A DNA stretch of 64,000 nucleotides from Eledone cirrhosa (lineage: Eukaryota), in contig OZ024748.1 of assembly GCA_964016885.1 (NCBI GenBank), forward strand, positions 5,084,001-5,148,000. The letters are read 5' to 3'. Position numbers and translations under genes: made by a program. This document shows, piece by piece, positions 61,366 to 64,000 of the stretch. The notes under the pieces are model-generated. The model was not told where the DNA came from. It did no database searches and worked only from the letters and a program-made list of their open reading frames with translations. How positions within the stretch are numbered: position 1 is the stretch's first letter; the number at the start of each line of letters is the position of its first letter.

Positions 61366-62809
61366 CTGACTCTCAGAAACTAATGGGAGAAAGAAAGATA
61401 GTGTTGGCCATCTCAGAATGGTGAGGGCAATGCTGTAATTTTTCTGAGTGATAATTAGTACAATGATGTATCGTGTTGGATAGGGAATTCTAGGGGATTG
61501 GTGTTCTGCTCTGGGAGAGAAAGAGTTTTAAAAGTTTTTAATATGGGTAGGGGTCTATCAAAGGAGAAATAGTAAAATGTTTTCGGATACGTTAAATAGA
61601 GTTGAAATTATTGGGTGGGAGTTGAATGCTTTATGCAGGTTTGGGTACCTTTTAAAACATTTAAGATAGTATGTTGTTATGGACATTAAAGAAGAAAGGC
61701 AATTACGATACACATAAACATTCTTGCCACTAATCAACATTAGATGACTAACTATCAACAAATAAGAGAAATATAAGACACTGACGCAGCAATCTATTCA
61801 AGTGAGAGTCGATGTAAAAATATTTGGTAATTATGAAGGCAATATAGTTTGGGATTTCAATAAAACAATGATGAAGCTGTTTTTGTTTTCAAAGAACATA
61901 TTATAGAGAAATACAGAAGAAAGAATTTTCTCATCACCAAACATTGGCTGTCTTATTATCAACAAATAAATAATTAACAGATTTGAAGGAGACTCTTAGT
62001 AAACACAATTATTATCTAATTATAAAGAAAATATAGTTTGAGGCATCAATAAAAGAAAGTTAATACGTTTTTGTCATCAAGGAAAATATAAACATCAAGA
62101 AAAACACACACCATTCTTGTCATTATTATCTAAAACTAGACTTTTTAACTATCAACAAATGTAACAGACAGAAACATCAACATATTTGAAGAAGTCTCTT
62201 GGTAAATAGATATACACATTGTGAATATAAGTAAGCAACTGATGATGATTATTTTACCAACGAAAATATGAACAATATTTAGTAGAATTATGTTAAAACT
62301 GACACCAACAAATATTAGAAGCTTAACTAAAAAATAGAACATACACAGACACATTAACATATTTGAGGAAGACTCTAGTTAACACAAAGAACACAATCAT
62401 TTATAATAATACACCATGTGTATTTGTAAATTTGTGTACATCTCCAAACATAACCCTTTATAATTTTCACCCACACACACCGCATTTCCTATATCAGGTA
62501 TGTCATTATAATAAGGACCTACGTTCTAACTCGACATTTGTCCAATTGCGTGGAATTTTGTAGACGGAAACTGTTTAGAAGCCCGTCGGTTGGTCTCTAA
62601 CTAGAGTGCAAACGTCCATCTTTGTTACATAGTATCACGCAGAATCTGCTCGGGAATTATAGGTAGAGTACAGCAGACGGGCTTCCAAACATTCCCGTCT
62701 ACACATTTCCATACAGAAGACGTCGACCCGAAGCTATCATACAAGATAGGTGTCGAAGATTAAACTCAGTGGGACTGAACCCAGAGTCACTATATTTTGA
62801 AGCGACATT

Positions 62810-62990
62810 ATTGGCAGTATCGGTAGAGGGTCTGACGCCATGCTTTGCAGCAAAGAGTTACGGCCCTTTACGGTCTGAGTTCAAATCCCGCCGAGGTTAA
62901 CTTTGCCTTTCGTCCTTACAGGGTCGATAAAATAAAGTACCAGTAATACATTGGGATAATTGCTGGCCTTGTGCCAAAAGTAGAAACAAT
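62810..62990 (+). mobile_element. Same SINE family
   Basis: Full-length match. Confidence 0.85.
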
Positions 62991-63618
62991 GATTAAACAA
63001 TTGTGGGTTGGCTGTGTCCTAAAAACTCACATATAGACACAAGAAAAAAAAAAACGAAAAACGGAATGATTAAAAATAGACCTGATAGCAACTATTTTGT
63101 TCTTTAAAGAAAAATAACTTTACAAACTAATGTTTGTATCATTTAACCAGAAATATGTAGAACTCCAAAATCTCAGTTTCAAAATATCTATTAAGCACCC
63201 ATTTCTAAGTTATTTCACTCAGCAAACAAACGTATTCTTCAGCGAGCGAAGGCGGAGCTGGTGAGATGTAGATAAACAAACAACAACAGCAACAACAATA
63301 TAAACAACAGCTACATTACACATTACTGATATGATATTGTATTACTAAACAGCAACATTTTATATCATATCAGTTGTATCAACACCCGAGTACACCCTTT
63401 ATCAAGTCAGACGGGGGTTAACTTATATCACTTATCTTGACCCCCCTTTAGACCCATTATAATCTGTACAGCCTCCACTATCACCACTATTTAAACCACT
63501 ACCAATACTACAAACACTACTATCACCACATCACTACTAGCACCACCAATACCAACAGAACTATTATCACCTTCACTTTCACCAAAAGATCAACACTACT
63601 TCCACTTCAAAACTACTA

Positions 63619-63677
<59 letters not shown>

Positions 63678-63678
<1 letters not shown>

Positions 63679-64000
63679 TGGATTGAATAGGAAACATGTA
63701 CTTTTAGTGATTCAATAAATTCTATATATCAGTATCCAACGGTCGAACACATCCTTGTAACACACATTTTAGGTTGTTAAACACATCATTTTATAAGAGA
63801 GTATTGAAGTTTGCTTGAAGCATTGTGGAATAATAGGTAAATATCTTTAAGTGGTTTGGAAGCCTCGACAATGCAAATGGGTAAATCTCCGGGTAACAAG
63901 ATCCGGTGGTGGAGAGAGAGATGTAAGTGGGTGTACGTTGAGATCACGCATCTCAACACCCACTTACATCTCTCTCTCCACCACCGGATCTTGTTACCCG
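63678..64000. repeat. Fold-back element abutting (TAC)n; inverted repeat centred ~63955, running off the window
   Basis: cgggtaacaagatccggtggtggagagagagatgtaagtgggtgt ... acacccacttacatctctctctccaccaccggatcttgttacccg. Confidence 0.75.

Noticed and set aside
60848-61424. Repetitive ORFs and a CRISPR-like regular repeat
   Set aside because: Units are contiguous without unique spacers, frames shift with unit length, and there are no cas genes; eukaryotic minisatellite

Overview
AT-rich, microsatellite-saturated animal genomic DNA. Coleoid cephalopod (octopus-like) origin is inferred from the repeat landscape, not proven. There is one clear host gene: exon 1 of a Hox5/Sex combs reduced (Scr) gene on the minus strand (35000-33629; MSSYFVNS N-terminus, PQIYPWMRR hexapeptide, phase-1 GT donor). 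No homeobox exon was found in the >33 kb downstream. Most listed ORFs are translations of (TA)n/(CA)n/(GA)n and are not genes. The most striking signal is a swarm of about 10 sequence families of short (100-450 bp) elements inserted into (TA)n tracts. Most families carry a type I hammerhead ribozyme motif, including a U3-A8 core variant with covarying stems. Many copies form asymmetric fold-back palindromes that turn at or near the ribozyme, and several families share a TTGAGTRCT motif 40-70 nt from the 3' end. A Penelope-like GIY-YIG endonuclease fragment with its own hammerhead points to Penelope-like elements (PLEs) as the mobilising machinery. The window also has many copies of a young tRNA-derived SINE, older SINEs, an R4/Dong-like RT fragment and several minisatellites. 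All structures were read by eye; coordinates of degraded repeats are approximate.
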